Source: Escherichia phage 308Ecol101PP. Taken from it: DNA of 64,000 nt. The stretch lies in sequence record OR062945.1; one strand, given 5' to 3'. Positions 43,408 to 54,235 of this stretch are shown here, in pieces. A program made the position numbers and the translations under genes. The stretch's first letter is position 1; the number at the start of each line of letters is the position of its first letter. The notes beneath the pieces are model-generated. The model had not been told where the DNA came from and made no database searches. It was given only the letters and a program-made list of their open reading frames with translations.

Positions 43408-45092
43408 AATCATTTAAATTAAATCGTGTTCGTTATCAAAACATCATGTCGGTAGGTGGGAATCCTATTGACATCCAATTAGATAAAGTCCAAAAGACAT
43501 TAATCACTGGTAAAAATGGCGGTGGTAAATCTACGATGTTAGAAGCCATTACTTTCGGACTTTTCGGTAAACCATTTCGTGATGTTAAGAAAGGGCAAAT
43601 CATTAATAGCACGAACAAGAAAGAGCTCTTAGTTGAGCTTTGGATGGAATTCGATGGTAAAAAATACTTCATTAAACGTGGCCAAAAGCCCAATATTTTC
43701 GAAATCTCCGTTGACGGTGTTCGTCTCGATGAATCTGCCAGCAGTCGTGACTTCCAAGAAGAATTTGAACGTAGCATCGGAATGTCATACGCGTCTTTTA
43801 AACAAATCGTTGTGCTTGGGACGGCAGGGTATACCCCTTTCATGGCTCTTAGCACCCCTGCTCGTAGAAAACTTGTCGAAGACCTTTTAGAAGTCGGCAC
43901 ACTCGCCGAAATGGATAAAATCAATAAGTCTCAAGTTCGAGAACTTAATTCTCAGGGACAAGTTCTTGATGCCAAGAAAGATGGTATTATCCAACAAATT
44001 AAGATTTATAATGAGAATATCGAACGTCAAAAGAAATTATCTGGTGATAATGTAGCGCGTCTACAGAATATGTATGACGACCTAGCCAAAGAAGCTCGTT
44101 CATTAAAAGCAGAAATCGAAGAAGCTAATGAGCGACTACTTAATATCGTTCTTGATGAAGACCCTACTGAGGCATTCAACAAGATCGGACAAGAAGCATT
44201 CTTGATTAAATCTAAAATCGACTCATATAACAAAGTTATTAAGATGTATCATGACGGTGGTACATGTCCTACTTGTGCATCGCAGTTGCACCAGGGTGAT
44301 CCTATTGTCTCTAAGATTACCGATAAGCTTCACGAATGTAATCACTCATTCGAGCAACTTACATGTCACAGAGATAATCTGAGTGTCCTAGTGGACGAAT
44401 ATAGAGCTAATGTTAAGACTAAACAGGACCTTGCATCTGATATTCGTACCAAGAAACAAGCAATGATTGCCACTATTGATAAAGCTAAGAAAGTTAAAGC
44501 TGCAATAGAGCAAGCCTCAGCAGAATTTATCGACCATGCCGATGAGATAGCTTTGCTTCAAAAAGAACTTGATAAAATCATTAAAACAAAATCAGATATC
44601 GTTCTTGAAAAATACCATCGTGGTATTATCACAGATATGTTAAAAGATTCTGGTATTAAAGGTGCTATCATTAAAAAATATGTGCCTCTGTTCAACAAGC
44701 AGATTAACCATTATCTTAAAATCATGGAAGCTGATTACGTGTTTTCTATTGATGAAGAATTCAATGAATCTATAAAATCACGTGGCCGTGAAGAGTTCAG
44801 TTATGCTTCATTTAGTCAAGGCGAAAAAGCGCGTATCGATATCGCATTGTTGTTTACATGGCGAGATATTGCTGAAAAGGTCTCTGGTGTTAGAATCAAT
44901 ACATTAATTATGGACGAAGTCATGGATTCCGCGACTGATTCTGAAGGTATTAAAGCTATTTCAACAATTCTTAACTCTCTAACCGATGCAAACGTGTTTA
45001 TAATTAGTCACAGAGACCATGACCCACAAGCTTATGGACAACATCTTCAAATGAGCAAAGTTGGACGATTTACTGTAATGACTGTTTCATAA
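43404..45092 (+). CDS. 46: Recombination ATPase gp46 (Rad50/SbcC-like)
   Basis: Walker A GKNGGGKST at N-terminus, long coiled coil with central CPTC zinc hook, C-terminal signature/Walker B LIMDEV. Confidence 0.9.
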   Translation: MKSFKLNRVRYQNIMSVGGNPIDIQLDKVQKTLITGKNGGGKSTMLEAITFGLFGKPFRDVKKGQIINSTNKKELLVELWMEFDGKKYFIKRGQKPNIFEISVDGVRLDESASSRDFQEEFERSIGMSYASFKQIVVLGTAGYTPFMALSTPARRKLVEDLLEVGTLAEMDKINKSQVRELNSQGQVLDAKKDGIIQQIKIYNENIERQKKLSGDNVARLQNMYDDLAKEARSLKAEIEEANERLLNIVLDEDPTEAFNKIGQEAFLIKSKIDSYNKVIKMYHDGGTCPTCASQLHQGDPIVSKITDKLHECNHSFEQLTCHRDNLSVLVDEYRANVKTKQDLASDIRTKKQAMIATIDKAKKVKAAIEQASAEFIDHADEIALLQKELDKIIKTKSDIVLEKYHRGIITDMLKDSGIKGAIIKKYVPLFNKQINHYLKIMEADYVFSIDEEFNESIKSRGREEFSYASFSQGEKARIDIALLFTWRDIAEKVSGVRINTLIMDEVMDSATDSEGIKAISTILNSLTDANVFIISHRDHDPQAYGQHLQMSKVGRFTVMTVS

Positions 45093-45146
45093 ACGCTTTA
45101 ACACGATGTGGTTATAATGACCACATCAAATTAAATGGAGAACAAC

Positions 45147-45335
45147 ATGGAGTATTCAACTGGCCAACATCTTCTCGTTGTCCCTGAAATTAAAAAATAT
45201 GTTTTGACCAATACGTTTTCAGGTGAAGAACATATTGTTACTGAACAAATGCTCAAATCTGCTTTTAAAGATGAGTATAATAAAATAATGTCTAATCGCA
45301 ATTCCGCATGGACAGTTACCGACTTCTACGAATAA
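45147..45335 (+). CDS. Hypothetical protein (45.2-position)
   Basis: SD GGAGAA then ATG 45147. Confidence 0.5.
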   Translation: MEYSTGQHLLVVPEIKKYVLTNTFSGEEHIVTEQMLKSAFKDEYNKIMSNRNSAWTVTDFYE

Positions 45336-45347
45336 GAGAGAAATAAT

Positions 45348-45764
45348 ATGTTTACTACTGCTAAAGGTTTCACTGCTGCTGATCTGAAAGTTACTTCTAT
45401 CCGTACTGACGCTAACCCACATAACCATAATCGTGTTCGTAAAGCATGGGTCCTGCATTGTGATGACGCAAGTGCTAAAAAACTCCAATCTTTGCCACAA
45501 GAAACTCGTTTTATGATTTATGGTTTTATTGATAACGATGTATCTGATATGTGGATTCATCTGATGCGTAAGCACTATAAAGATTCTATTGAAGCCGGCG
45601 GAAAAATCGTTCTTGATAAAGATGGTTCTGAGCGTCTGGAAGATCTCTACTGTGTTGATGCCGACGAACAACTAATTGCAGCTGGTGAAATTGTTGCTTC
45701 TAAAATTCCAGAATATATTGAATCACTGCCTGAAGCTATTAAAAAGCAGATGGTTGCTGCATAA
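45348..45764 (+). CDS. RNA polymerase-binding protein RpbA-like (by position)
   Basis: 138 aa ORF between genes 46 and 45, where T4 has rpbA. Confidence 0.5.
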   Translation: MFTTAKGFTAADLKVTSIRTDANPHNHNRVRKAWVLHCDDASAKKLQSLPQETRFMIYGFIDNDVSDMWIHLMRKHYKDSIEAGGKIVLDKDGSERLEDLYCVDADEQLIAAGEIVASKIPEYIESLPEAIKKQMVAA

Positions 45765-45806
45765 TAAATTTGTTATAAACTTTGAATTGTCTTGAAAGGA
45801 AATAAA

Positions 45807-46493
45807 ATGAAACTGTCTAAAGATACTATCGCTATTCTGAAAAACTTTGCCTCTATTAACTCCGGCATTCTGCTGAGTCAAGGTAAATTTATTATGACTC
45901 GTGCAGTTAATGGCACCACTTATGCGGAAGCAAATATCTCTGATGAAATTGATTTTGACGTAGCACTTTATGATTTGAATAGCTTCTTAAGCATTTTGAG
46001 TCTAGTGTCTGATGATGCTGAAATTTCGATGCACACCGATGGCAATATTAAAATTGCAGATACACGTTCCACGGTTTATTGGCCTGCCGCTGACAAGAGC
46101 ACCATTGTTTTTCCTAATAAGCCAATTCAATTCCCAGTGGCTTCTGTGATTACTGAAATTAAAGCCGAAGACCTTCAACAATTGCTTCGAGTTTCACGTG
46201 GTCTTCAGATTGATACAATTGCTATTACAAATAAAGATGGTAAAATTGTTATCAACGGCTATAATAAAGTTGAAGATTCTGGACTAACTCGTCCTAAGTA
46301 TTCTTTGACTCTTACCGATTATGATGGTTCTAACAATTTTAACTTCGTAATCAATATGGCTAATATGAAAATCCAGCCAGGTAACTATAAAGTAATGTTG
46401 TGGGGAGCTGGTGATAAAGTTGCAGCCAAGTTTGAAAGCTCTCAAGTAAGTTATGTTATTGCGATGGAAGCCGATTCTACTCACGACTTCTAA
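45807..46493 (+). CDS. 45: Sliding clamp gp45
   Basis: MKLSKDTIAILKNFASINSGILLSQGKFIMTRAVNGTTYAEANISDEIDFDVALYDLNSFL... matches T4 gp45. Confidence 0.95.
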   Translation: MKLSKDTIAILKNFASINSGILLSQGKFIMTRAVNGTTYAEANISDEIDFDVALYDLNSFLSILSLVSDDAEISMHTDGNIKIADTRSTVYWPAADKSTIVFPNKPIQFPVASVITEIKAEDLQQLLRVSRGLQIDTIAITNKDGKIVINGYNKVEDSGLTRPKYSLTLTDYDGSNNFNFVINMANMKIQPGNYKVMLWGAGDKVAAKFESSQVSYVIAMEADSTHDF

Positions 46494-46568
46494 GTCAAAG
46501 CTTTACGTTTATTGTGATACGATTATGGAGGAGAAATCCTCCGGTTTAATGATAATGAGGAAAATTAC

Positions 46569-47531
46569 ATGATTACTATCAATTCCAAAGAACACATTCT
46601 AGAACAGAAATATCGTCCTTCTTCCATTGACGAATGTATTCTGCCTGCGTATGACCATGAAACATTCAAGTCTTTAGTATCTAAAGGAAAACTTCCTCAT
46701 ATTATTTTGCACTCTCCTTCTCCTGGTACAGGTAAAACAACCGTAGCAAAAGCATTATGTAATGATATCAATGCCGAAATGATGTTCGTCAACGGTTCTG
46801 ATTGTAAGATTGATTTTGTACGGGGACCGTTAACCGCATTCGCTCGTTCAGTCTCAATGGAAGGCAAGCCTAAAGTTATTGTTATTGATGAATTTGACCG
46901 TAGTGGCCTCGCCGAATCACAACGTCACCTTCGTACGTTTATGGAAGAATTCTCTAGTAACTGCTCTATTATTATTACTGCTAACAACATCGATGGAATT
47001 ATTGAACCATTACGTAGTCGTTGTCGAGTTATCGAATTCGGACGTCCAACCGAAGAAGATAAAATCTCGATGATGAAGAAAATGATTCATCGTATGGTTG
47101 AAATCTGTAAGAACGAAAATATCGAAATCGCTGATATGAAAGTTGTTGCAGCTCTGGTTAAAAAGAACTTCCCAGACTTTCGTCGAACAATTGGCCAATT
47201 AGACCAGTACTCGTCTAAAGGTGTTCTTGATGCGGGTATTTTGTCTATCGTAACTAATGACCGTGGCACAGTCTCTGATGTTATCGAAGCAATGAAGAAC
47301 AAAGATATCAAACAGCTTCGTGCATTAGCTCCAAAATATGCCGCAGATTATTCATGGTTCATCGATAAATTAGTTTCAGAATGTTATGACCAAGTTGCAC
47401 CTGGTAAAAGTATTATTTCGCTTTATGAAATTGCAGGCGAAAACAATAAGTTTCATGGATTAGCAAGTAATATTGAATTACATGTTATGTATATGCTTCT
47501 TCAACTGACCTGCGAACTGACTTGGAAATAA
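46569..47531 (+). CDS. 44: Clamp loader large subunit gp44
   Basis: [27 protein letters not shown]...[15 protein letters not shown]...VIVIDEFD... AAA+ motifs; matches T4 gp44. Confidence 0.95.
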   Translation: MITINSKEHILEQKYRPSSIDECILPAYDHETFKSLVSKGKLPHIILHSPSPGTGKTTVAKALCNDINAEMMFVNGSDCKIDFVRGPLTAFARSVSMEGKPKVIVIDEFDRSGLAESQRHLRTFMEEFSSNCSIIITANNIDGIIEPLRSRCRVIEFGRPTEEDKISMMKKMIHRMVEICKNENIEIADMKVVAALVKKNFPDFRRTIGQLDQYSSKGVLDAGILSIVTNDRGTVSDVIEAMKNKDIKQLRALAPKYAADYSWFIDKLVSECYDQVAPGKSIISLYEIAGENNKFHGLASNIELHVMYMLLQLTCELTWK

Positions 47532-47532
47532 T

Positions 47533-48096
47533 ATGAACTTATTCGATGATGACGTCCAGCTTAACGAGCACCAAATTGCATGGAAGTCTAATGACGCTGA
47601 TGCGATTCAAAAATGTGCTGATATGTTTAAAGAAAAACCTGAGAATGAATTCTTTAAAATCATTAATGCTATTAATGAAAAGAAATCTATGTCAATTGCT
47701 CAGGTCGACTACTCAAAATTTATGGTTGAGAACTCATTATCCCAGTTCCCAGAATGTATGCCAGCTGTTTACATGATGAACTTAGTCGGTTCTGAATTAA
47801 GTGATGAAGCGCACTTCAACTATATGATGGCGGCAATTCCGCGTGGTCGTCGATTCTCTAAATGGGCTAAACTAGTCGAAGACACTTCAGAGTTACTAGT
47901 TATCAAACTGTTGATGAAACATTACACAATCAACATGAATGATGCTACTGAGTATAAGCGGCTCCTTGAAAAAAATAACAAGTTGCCAATAGTCCTTAAA
48001 GAACTGAAGGCCATGGTCACTGATGAGTTTCTCAAAGAAGTTACAAAAAATGTGAAAGAACAAAAACAATTTAAAAAATTAGCATTGGAATGGTAA
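47533..48096 (+). CDS. 62: Clamp loader small subunit gp62
   Basis: 187 aa ORF immediately after gene 44 (stop/start 1 nt apart), as in T4. Confidence 0.9.
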   Translation: MNLFDDDVQLNEHQIAWKSNDADAIQKCADMFKEKPENEFFKIINAINEKKSMSIAQVDYSKFMVENSLSQFPECMPAVYMMNLVGSELSDEAHFNYMMAAIPRGRRFSKWAKLVEDTSELLVIKLLMKHYTINMNDATEYKRLLEKNNKLPIVLKELKAMVTDEFLKEVTKNVKEQKQFKKLALEW

Positions 48097-48098
48097 AA

Positions 48099-48467
48099 AT
48101 GATTGAAATTAAATTGAAGAACCCTGAAGATTTTCTGAAAGTCAAAGAGACTTTGACCCGTATGGGCATCGCTAATAACAAGGATAAAGTCCTTTACCAG
48201 TCTTGTCATATCCTCCAAAAGCAAGGTAAGTACTATATCGTCCACTTTAAAGAAATGCTGCGTATGGACGGACGTCAGGTTGATATTGACGGTGAAGACT
48301 ATCAGCGACGTGATTCGATTGCTCAGTTGCTTGAAGACTGGGGATTGATTGTTATTGAAGACTCTGCTCGTGAAGATCTGTTTGGCCTGACTAATAACTT
48401 CCGTGTTATCTCTTTTAAACAGAAAGATGACTGGACTTTGAAAGCAAAATATACAATTGGTAATTAA
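48099..48467 (+). CDS. regA: Translational repressor RegA
   Basis: MIEIKLKNPEDFLKVKETLTRMGIANNKDKVLYQSCHILQKQGKYYIVHFKEMLRMDGRQV...NFRVISFKQK matches T4 RegA. Confidence 0.9.
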   Translation: MIEIKLKNPEDFLKVKETLTRMGIANNKDKVLYQSCHILQKQGKYYIVHFKEMLRMDGRQVDIDGEDYQRRDSIAQLLEDWGLIVIEDSAREDLFGLTNNFRVISFKQKDDWTLKAKYTIGN

Positions 48468-48474
48468 AGCAATG

Positions 48475-48494
48475 GGACTTCGGTCCCATTTGGA
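48475..48494 (+). terminator. Terminator-like hairpin after regA
   Basis: GGGAC-TTCG-GTCCC then ATTTGG. Confidence 0.5.
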
Positions 48495-48548
48495 GTATAA
48501 TAAGTTCATCAACAAACAAAAGACAATAACTCGTCTAAAGGAAATTAA

Positions 48549-51260
48549 ATGAAAGAATTTTACTTAACGGTTGAACAGATTGGTGATTCAATTTTTGAAC
48601 GTTACATCGATTCTAACGGCCGTGAACGTACTCGTGAAGTAGAATATAAACCATCACTGTTTGCTCATTGTCCAGAAAGTCAGGCTACGAAATATTTCGA
48701 TATCTACGGTAAGCCGTGTACTCGTAAGTTGTTCGCCAATATGCGTGATGCCTCCCAATGGATTAAACGCATGGAAGATATCGGACTTGAAGCACTTGGC
48801 ATGGATGATTTCAAATTGGCGTATTTGTCTGACACTTATAACTATGAAATCAAATACGACCATACAAAAATTCGTGTGGCTAACTTCGACATCGAAGTAA
48901 CATCTCCGGACGGGTTCCCTGAGCCGTCACAAGCAAAACATCCGATTGATGCTATCACTCATTATGACTCAATTGATGACAGGTTTTATGTATTTGACCT
49001 TTTGAATTCTCCATATGGTAATGTAGAAGAATGGTCTATTGAAATCGCTGCTAAGCTTCAAGAACAAGGCGGTGATGAAGTTCCATCTGAAATTATCGAT
49101 AAAATCATTTATATGCCGTTCGATAACGAAAAAGAATTGTTGATGGAATATCTCAACTTCTGGCAACAGAAAACTCCTGTCATTTTGACTGGATGGAACG
49201 TTGAGTCATTTGATATTCCATATGTGTATAACCGAATCAAGAATATTTTTGGCGAATCTACTGCGAAACGTTTATCACCACATCGTAAAACTCGTGTTAA
49301 AGTTATCGAAAACATGTATGGTTCTCGTGAAATCATTACATTGTTCGGTATCTCTGTTCTTGATTACATTGACCTTTACAAAAAATTCTCTTTTACCAAT
49401 CAACCATCATATTCTCTGGATTACATTTCAGAATTTGAATTGAACGTTGGTAAACTGAAATATGACGGCCCTATTTCTAAGCTTCGTGAAAGCAATCACC
49501 AACGATATATTTCTTATAACATTATCGACGTGTATCGTGTATTGCAAATTGATGCTAAACGTCAGTTCATCAACTTGAGTTTGGACATGGGTTATTATGC
49601 TAAGATACAGATTCAATCTGTGTTTAGCCCAATTAAAACATGGGATGCTATTATTTTTAATAGCCTTAAAGAGCAGAACAAGGTGATTCCACAAGGTCGT
49701 TCTCACCCGGTTCAACCTTATCCCGGCGCTTTTGTTAAGGAACCTATTCCAAATCGATACAAATATGTAATGAGTTTCGACCTTACATCTCTGTATCCAA
49801 GTATTATTCGCCAAGTGAATATTAGCCCAGAAACAATAGCAGGAACGTTTAAAGTAGCTCCACTACATGATTATATTAACGCAATCGCTGAACGTCCTTC
49901 TGATGTGTACAGTTGTTCTCCTAACGGCATGATGTATTATAAAGACCGTGACGGTGTTGTTCCAACTGAAATCACTAAAGTCTTTAATCAACGTAAAGAA
50001 CATAAAGGTTACATGCTTGCAGCTCAACGTAATGGCGAAATAATTAAAGAGGCATTGCATAATCCTAATCTTTCTGTTGACGAACCATTAGATGTTGATT
50101 ATCGTTTCGACTTCAGTGATGAGATTAAAGAAAAGATTAAAAAGTTGTCTGCTAAATCTCTTAATGAAATGTTGTTTAGAGCTCAACGTACTGAAGTTGC
50201 AGGTATGACTGCCCAAATTAACCGTAAATTGCTTATCAACTCACTTTATGGTGCACTTGGCAACGTTTGGTTCCGTTATTATGATTTGCGTAATGCTACT
50301 GCAATCACAACATTCGGGCAAATGGCTTTACAGTGGATTGAACGTAAAGTTAATGAATATCTGAATGAAGTTTGTGGCACAGAAGGTGAAGCTTTCGTTC
50401 TTTATGGTGATACAGACTCTATTTACGTATCTGCTGATAAAATTATCGATAAGGTTGGTGAATCTAAATTCCGTGATACCAACCATTGGGTAGACTTCTT
50501 AGATAAGTTTGCACGTGAACGTATGGAACCAGCTATTGATAGAGGTTTCCGTGAAATGTGTGAATACATGAACAATAAACAACACTTAATGTTCATGGAC
50601 CGAGAAGCTATCGCTGGGCCTCCACTCGGTTCTAAAGGTATTGGTGGATTCTGGACTGGTAAGAAACGTTATGCATTAAACGTGTGGGATATGGAAGGAA
50701 CCAGATACGCTGAGCCTAAACTCAAAATCATGGGTCTAGAGACTCAGAAATCTTCGACTCCTAAAGCAGTACAGAAAGCTCTTAAAGAATGTATTCGTCG
50801 TATGCTTCAAGAAGGTGAAGAATCATTACAAGAATATTTTAAAGAGTTTGAAAAAGAATTCCGTCAATTGAATTATATTAGCATCGCGTCGGTATCTTCT
50901 GCGAATAACATTGCTAAATATGATGTAGGTGGATTCCCTGGTCCTAAATGCCCGTTCCATATTCGTGGAATTCTGACGTATAACCGGGCTATCAAAGGTA
51001 ATATCGATGCACCGCAAGTTGTAGAAGGTGAAAAAGTATATGTTCTGCCTTTACGTGAAGGAAACCCATTCGGTGATAAATGTATCGCATGGCCTTCTGG
51101 TACTGAAATCACAGATTTAATTAAAGACGATGTACTTCATTGGATGGACTACACTGTTCTCCTTGAGAAGACATTTATTAAACCACTTGAAGGATTCACA
51201 TCAGCAGCGAAACTCGATTACGAGAAGAAAGCATCTCTGTTCGATATGTTCGATTTTTGA
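48549..51260 (+). CDS. 43: DNA polymerase gp43 (family B), uninterrupted
   Basis: 903 aa; exo motifs FDIE and YNIIDV, pol motifs DLTSLYPSII, KILINSLYGALG, YGDTDS; sequence matches my recollection of RB69 gp43. Confidence 0.97.
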   Translation: MKEFYLTVEQIGDSIFERYIDSNGRERTREVEYKPSLFAHCPESQATKYFDIYGKPCTRKLFANMRDASQWIKRMEDIGLEALGMDDFKLAYLSDTYNYEIKYDHTKIRVANFDIEVTSPDGFPEPSQAKHPIDAITHYDSIDDRFYVFDLLNSPYGNVEEWSIEIAAKLQEQGGDEVPSEIIDKIIYMPFDNEKELLMEYLNFWQQKTPVILTGWNVESFDIPYVYNRIKNIFGESTAKRLSPHRKTRVKVIENMYGSREIITLFGISVLDYIDLYKKFSFTNQPSYSLDYISEFELNVGKLKYDGPISKLRESNHQRYISYNIIDVYRVLQIDAKRQFINLSLDMGYYAKIQIQSVFSPIKTWDAIIFNSLKEQNKVIPQGRSHPVQPYPGAFVKEPIPNRYKYVMSFDLTSLYPSIIRQVNISPETIAGTFKVAPLHDYINAIAERPSDVYSCSPNGMMYYKDRDGVVPTEITKVFNQRKEHKGYMLAAQRNGEIIKEALHNPNLSVDEPLDVDYRFDFSDEIKEKIKKLSAKSLNEMLFRAQRTEVAGMTAQINRKLLINSLYGALGNVWFRYYDLRNATAITTFGQMALQWIERKVNEYLNEVCGTEGEAFVLYGDTDSIYVSADKIIDKVGESKFRDTNHWVDFLDKFARERMEPAIDRGFREMCEYMNNKQHLMFMDREAIAGPPLGSKGIGGFWTGKKRYALNVWDMEGTRYAEPKLKIMGLETQKSSTPKAVQKALKECIRRMLQEGEESLQEYFKEFEKEFRQLNYISIASVSSANNIAKYDVGGFPGPKCPFHIRGILTYNRAIKGNIDAPQVVEGEKVYVLPLREGNPFGDKCIAWPSGTEITDLIKDDVLHWMDYTVLLEKTFIKPLEGFTSAAKLDYEKKASLFDMFDF

Positions 51261-51300
51261 TATAATGACATGGACGGTAAACTAATTAAATGAGAGAAAT

Positions 51301-51936
51301 ATGAAAACTACTCCTATTACTATCGCTATTGACGCAATCATAAAACAAGCTTCTTCTTTGGCCGCTATGGCCAAAGTAATTAGTCAAAACCCTGCTCGTT
51401 ATAATGCTATTCTAGAAACTCTTCGACGCCCAGGACTTAGTAATTATGAAAGCCGAGTAATTATTACAGGTGTTGGTAAGAATGCTAATATTGCAACTAA
51501 AGCTTCTGAGACATTTGCTTCACTTGGTATCCCGAGTATGTACTTGAACACTGGGCATTATTCTCACGGTGATGCAGGATTCATTGCGCCTAATGATGTG
51601 TTGATTCATATTAGTCGTTCTGGTAAAACTGAAGAAATGATAGGCGTGGCTAAGCATCTTAAAATGATTCGTCCGAACGTCAAACAGATTCTGTTGCATT
51701 GTAACCCGGACATTCCACAAGAATACGAAGCTCTTTTTGATTATACGTTCTGTACAGGCATCGCAGTAGAGGTTGATGAGAATTCTCTGGCTCCGACCAT
51801 GTCCACTACATTGTTGTTAGCGCTTATCGATACGTTTGCTATCAACCTTTCGTCTGAACGTGGATTTACCTCTAATGACTTCCTTAAGTTCCACCCTGGT
51901 GGTGCACTAGGTGCCATGTTACGAGGCGAACAATGA
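51301..51936 (+). CDS. SIS-domain sugar-phosphate isomerase (KdsD/GmhA-like)
   Basis: VIITGVGKNANIATKASETFASLGIP...VLIHISRSGKTEEM: SIS-domain Gly-rich loop plus S-x-S-G-x-T-E motif. Confidence 0.7.
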   Translation: MKTTPITIAIDAIIKQASSLAAMAKVISQNPARYNAILETLRRPGLSNYESRVIITGVGKNANIATKASETFASLGIPSMYLNTGHYSHGDAGFIAPNDVLIHISRSGKTEEMIGVAKHLKMIRPNVKQILLHCNPDIPQEYEALFDYTFCTGIAVEVDENSLAPTMSTTLLLALIDTFAINLSSERGFTSNDFLKFHPGGALGAMLRGEQ

Positions 51937-52076
51937 AAGCAATAACAATAGGACTTTTACTATTGATGCTTGTCATGACTATCTACTGGAGCTTAACGGC
52001 TCCAGTAATGATTCCGACTCTTATAATCGGATGGATTATGATTGGACTACAAGCAAAGTATGAATGCTTTAACTAG
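51933..52076 (+). CDS. Small membrane ORF (47 aa)
   Basis: MKAITIGLLLLMLVMTIYWSL...; ATGA-coupled to SIS gene; below ORF-track threshold. Confidence 0.4.
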   Translation: MKAITIGLLLLMLVMTIYWSLTAPVMIPTLIIGWIMIGLQAKYECFN

Positions 52077-52117
52077 AATAGTGTACAATACTCCTACTTA
52101 CCAATGAGGACCACAAC

Positions 52118-53803
52118 ATGAAAAAAGCTGTTATTCTTGGTGCTGGACTGGCAACTCGTTTGTATCCAATAACGCATCATATTCCTAAGGTGCTTGTTAA
52201 CTATAAACAAGACACTATTCTGAGCAATTTGTATACAATTTATTCTGACCTTGGCGCAGATGAAATTATTGTAGTAGTTCATTCAAAATTTGCTGAAACT
52301 GTTCGAGCTTATTGTGAGCAAGAAGGGTTCAATGTGACTATTCGTACAGTTGATGAAGCGTATGGTTCTGCTTATGCTCTTGCTAAATTGCACAAAGATT
52401 TAGACGGCCATAATGTAATTGTTAACTGGTGTGATATTATTCCTGATTTTGGTTCGTGGTCTTGGAATGTTAACGCAATCTATGTTAAGGGTGACGAATG
52501 TCGATATAATTTCGACGGTGAAAATATCACTAATGTAGGTTCAACAGGTGGTAATGTTGTAGGAATTTATCAGTTCAAAGACTGGGAATTCTATATGGGT
52601 TCTACTGATGAGGAAATTCATGAATACTGCAAAGGACGTGATTTCGTAGAATTCCTTTACGGCAGCGCATTCAATAAATCAGAGCTTATGAATCTAATTG
52701 ATTTAGGTGATATGCCTAAACTTGAAAAAGCTCATGAAGTTCGTGAACTTAATCGTAGTTTTAATGCAGTTGAAATTGGTGAAGAAACTGTAACTAAATT
52801 CGCATTAACCGAACAGGGCCGAGCTCTTCAGAAAGATGAGATTTCATGGTATCTTAAAGTGAAATCAGATTCAGTTCCTCAGTTAGTTTCTGTTAATGAA
52901 AATAACTTTGAAATGGAACGCATTAAAGGTAAGCCGGCATTTGAATATATTAAATCCAAATCAAGTCTTGCTCGTCCACAAATTGTTGATGCAATTTTAG
53001 ATGCACTGAAATTCAGCACAGACACTTATTTTGTAAGTCCTGAAACTGTTCGTCGTGATTTCACTAAAGAATTCTATACTAAAGTTATTGATCGTTGTGA
53101 AAGTATTCAACCATTGATTGATTCATTTGGTAAAATCACACATGTGAACTACACTAAGATTGGGCGTCTGAAGCCAATGTTGAAACAAGCTTTAGAACAC
53201 CTTATTCGTTATCATAACCGTTCTCAGGGACAGTACTCTGTTATTCATGGTGACCCGAACTTCAGTAATACTATGATTACTGATAATGGTGAAGTCAAGT
53301 TTATCGACCCTCGTGGATATTTTGGTGAAACCAAGATTTATGGGCCAAAATTGTATGATGAAGCTAAAGTGCTTTACGCTGTTTCAGGTTATGATGAATT
53401 CAACGCTAATCCGACTTGGGGACAGTTTACTATTGATGAAACAACTTGTAATGTGACTATTAACATCAATCCGTTAGTTTACAAATATGGAAAGATGAGT
53501 TCGTTTAACGAGTATCATCATTTGGCAGTGGCAATTATCTGGATTGCATTAGGTGGTTATTTCAAGAATAATCCACTTAAAGCGGTAGCCGCATATTATA
53601 AAGGTATGGAACTTCTGACTAAGCAATTACGTAATATGGGCCGTGTACTTCAGGACGGCACTATTAGTTATGATGTAGCAGAACCTGTAACGGCTACTCT
53701 GATTACAAAAAATCCTGGTAAATGGGTACTAACTGATAAAGAAACTGGTGTTTCTTATCGTCCAATCGGTGGCGATATCACTCATCAATGGGAACGAATC
53801 TAA
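52118..53803 (+). CDS. Bifunctional sugar-1-phosphate nucleotidyltransferase (N-terminal) / kinase-like (C-terminal) protein
   Basis: N-terminal MKKAVILGAGLATRLYPIT resembles RmlA/LicC G-x-G-x-R-L motif; C-terminal ...VIHGDPNFSNTMITDNGEVKFIDPRGYFG... resembles choline/aminoglycoside kinase-fold catalytic loop. Confidence 0.7.
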   Translation: MKKAVILGAGLATRLYPITHHIPKVLVNYKQDTILSNLYTIYSDLGADEIIVVVHSKFAETVRAYCEQEGFNVTIRTVDEAYGSAYALAKLHKDLDGHNVIVNWCDIIPDFGSWSWNVNAIYVKGDECRYNFDGENITNVGSTGGNVVGIYQFKDWEFYMGSTDEEIHEYCKGRDFVEFLYGSAFNKSELMNLIDLGDMPKLEKAHEVRELNRSFNAVEIGEETVTKFALTEQGRALQKDEISWYLKVKSDSVPQLVSVNENNFEMERIKGKPAFEYIKSKSSLARPQIVDAILDALKFSTDTYFVSPETVRRDFTKEFYTKVIDRCESIQPLIDSFGKITHVNYTKIGRLKPMLKQALEHLIRYHNRSQGQYSVIHGDPNFSNTMITDNGEVKFIDPRGYFGETKIYGPKLYDEAKVLYAVSGYDEFNANPTWGQFTIDETTCNVTININPLVYKYGKMSSFNEYHHLAVAIIWIALGGYFKNNPLKAVAAYYKGMELLTKQLRNMGRVLQDGTISYDVAEPVTATLITKNPGKWVLTDKETGVSYRPIGGDITHQWERI

Positions 53804-54189
53804 TGCACCGTGTAAAAAACATGCTTAATCTTTGTTTTGATGTCGATGATTGTATAACAGAGTGGAATAACAATCGTGATTACGTGAACTTCAAACCAGA
53901 CGTCGAAATGGTGTCTGCCATTAATGCCCTGTATGATGCAGGGCATACCATAACGCTTTACACTGCTCGCGGTATGAAGTCAGTAGGTCCTGGTCGTATA
54001 GCAATTGACATTCTCCCAAGTCTGATTCAGAACTTGGCAAACATTGGATTGAAGTACCATAATTTGCTAACACATAAACCAGTATATGATTGGATTATCG
54101 ACGACAAAGCTATGCGTCCTGACGAATTCAAAGCTCTTATGAATAAAGGCGAATTCGAAACATTTAAATCATATAAACCGAATCTATAA
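53803..54189 (+). CDS. HAD-superfamily phosphatase-like protein (tentative)
   Basis: N-terminal LNLCFDVDDCIT resembles HAD motif I (D-x-D); TAATG overlap with upstream gene. Confidence 0.5.
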   Translation: MHRVKNMLNLCFDVDDCITEWNNNRDYVNFKPDVEMVSAINALYDAGHTITLYTARGMKSVGPGRIAIDILPSLIQNLANIGLKYHNLLTHKPVYDWIIDDKAMRPDEFKALMNKGEFETFKSYKPNL

Positions 54190-54235
54190 TAATTTAAGTA
54201 AGACCTGCAAAAACCATCGCATCAATTAACGTGGG

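Noticed and set aside
45219-48515. Minus-strand ORFs 45219..45671 and 47922..48515 overlapping rpbA-like, gene 62 and regA
   Set aside because: Overlap well-recognised + strand genes; no supporting signals.
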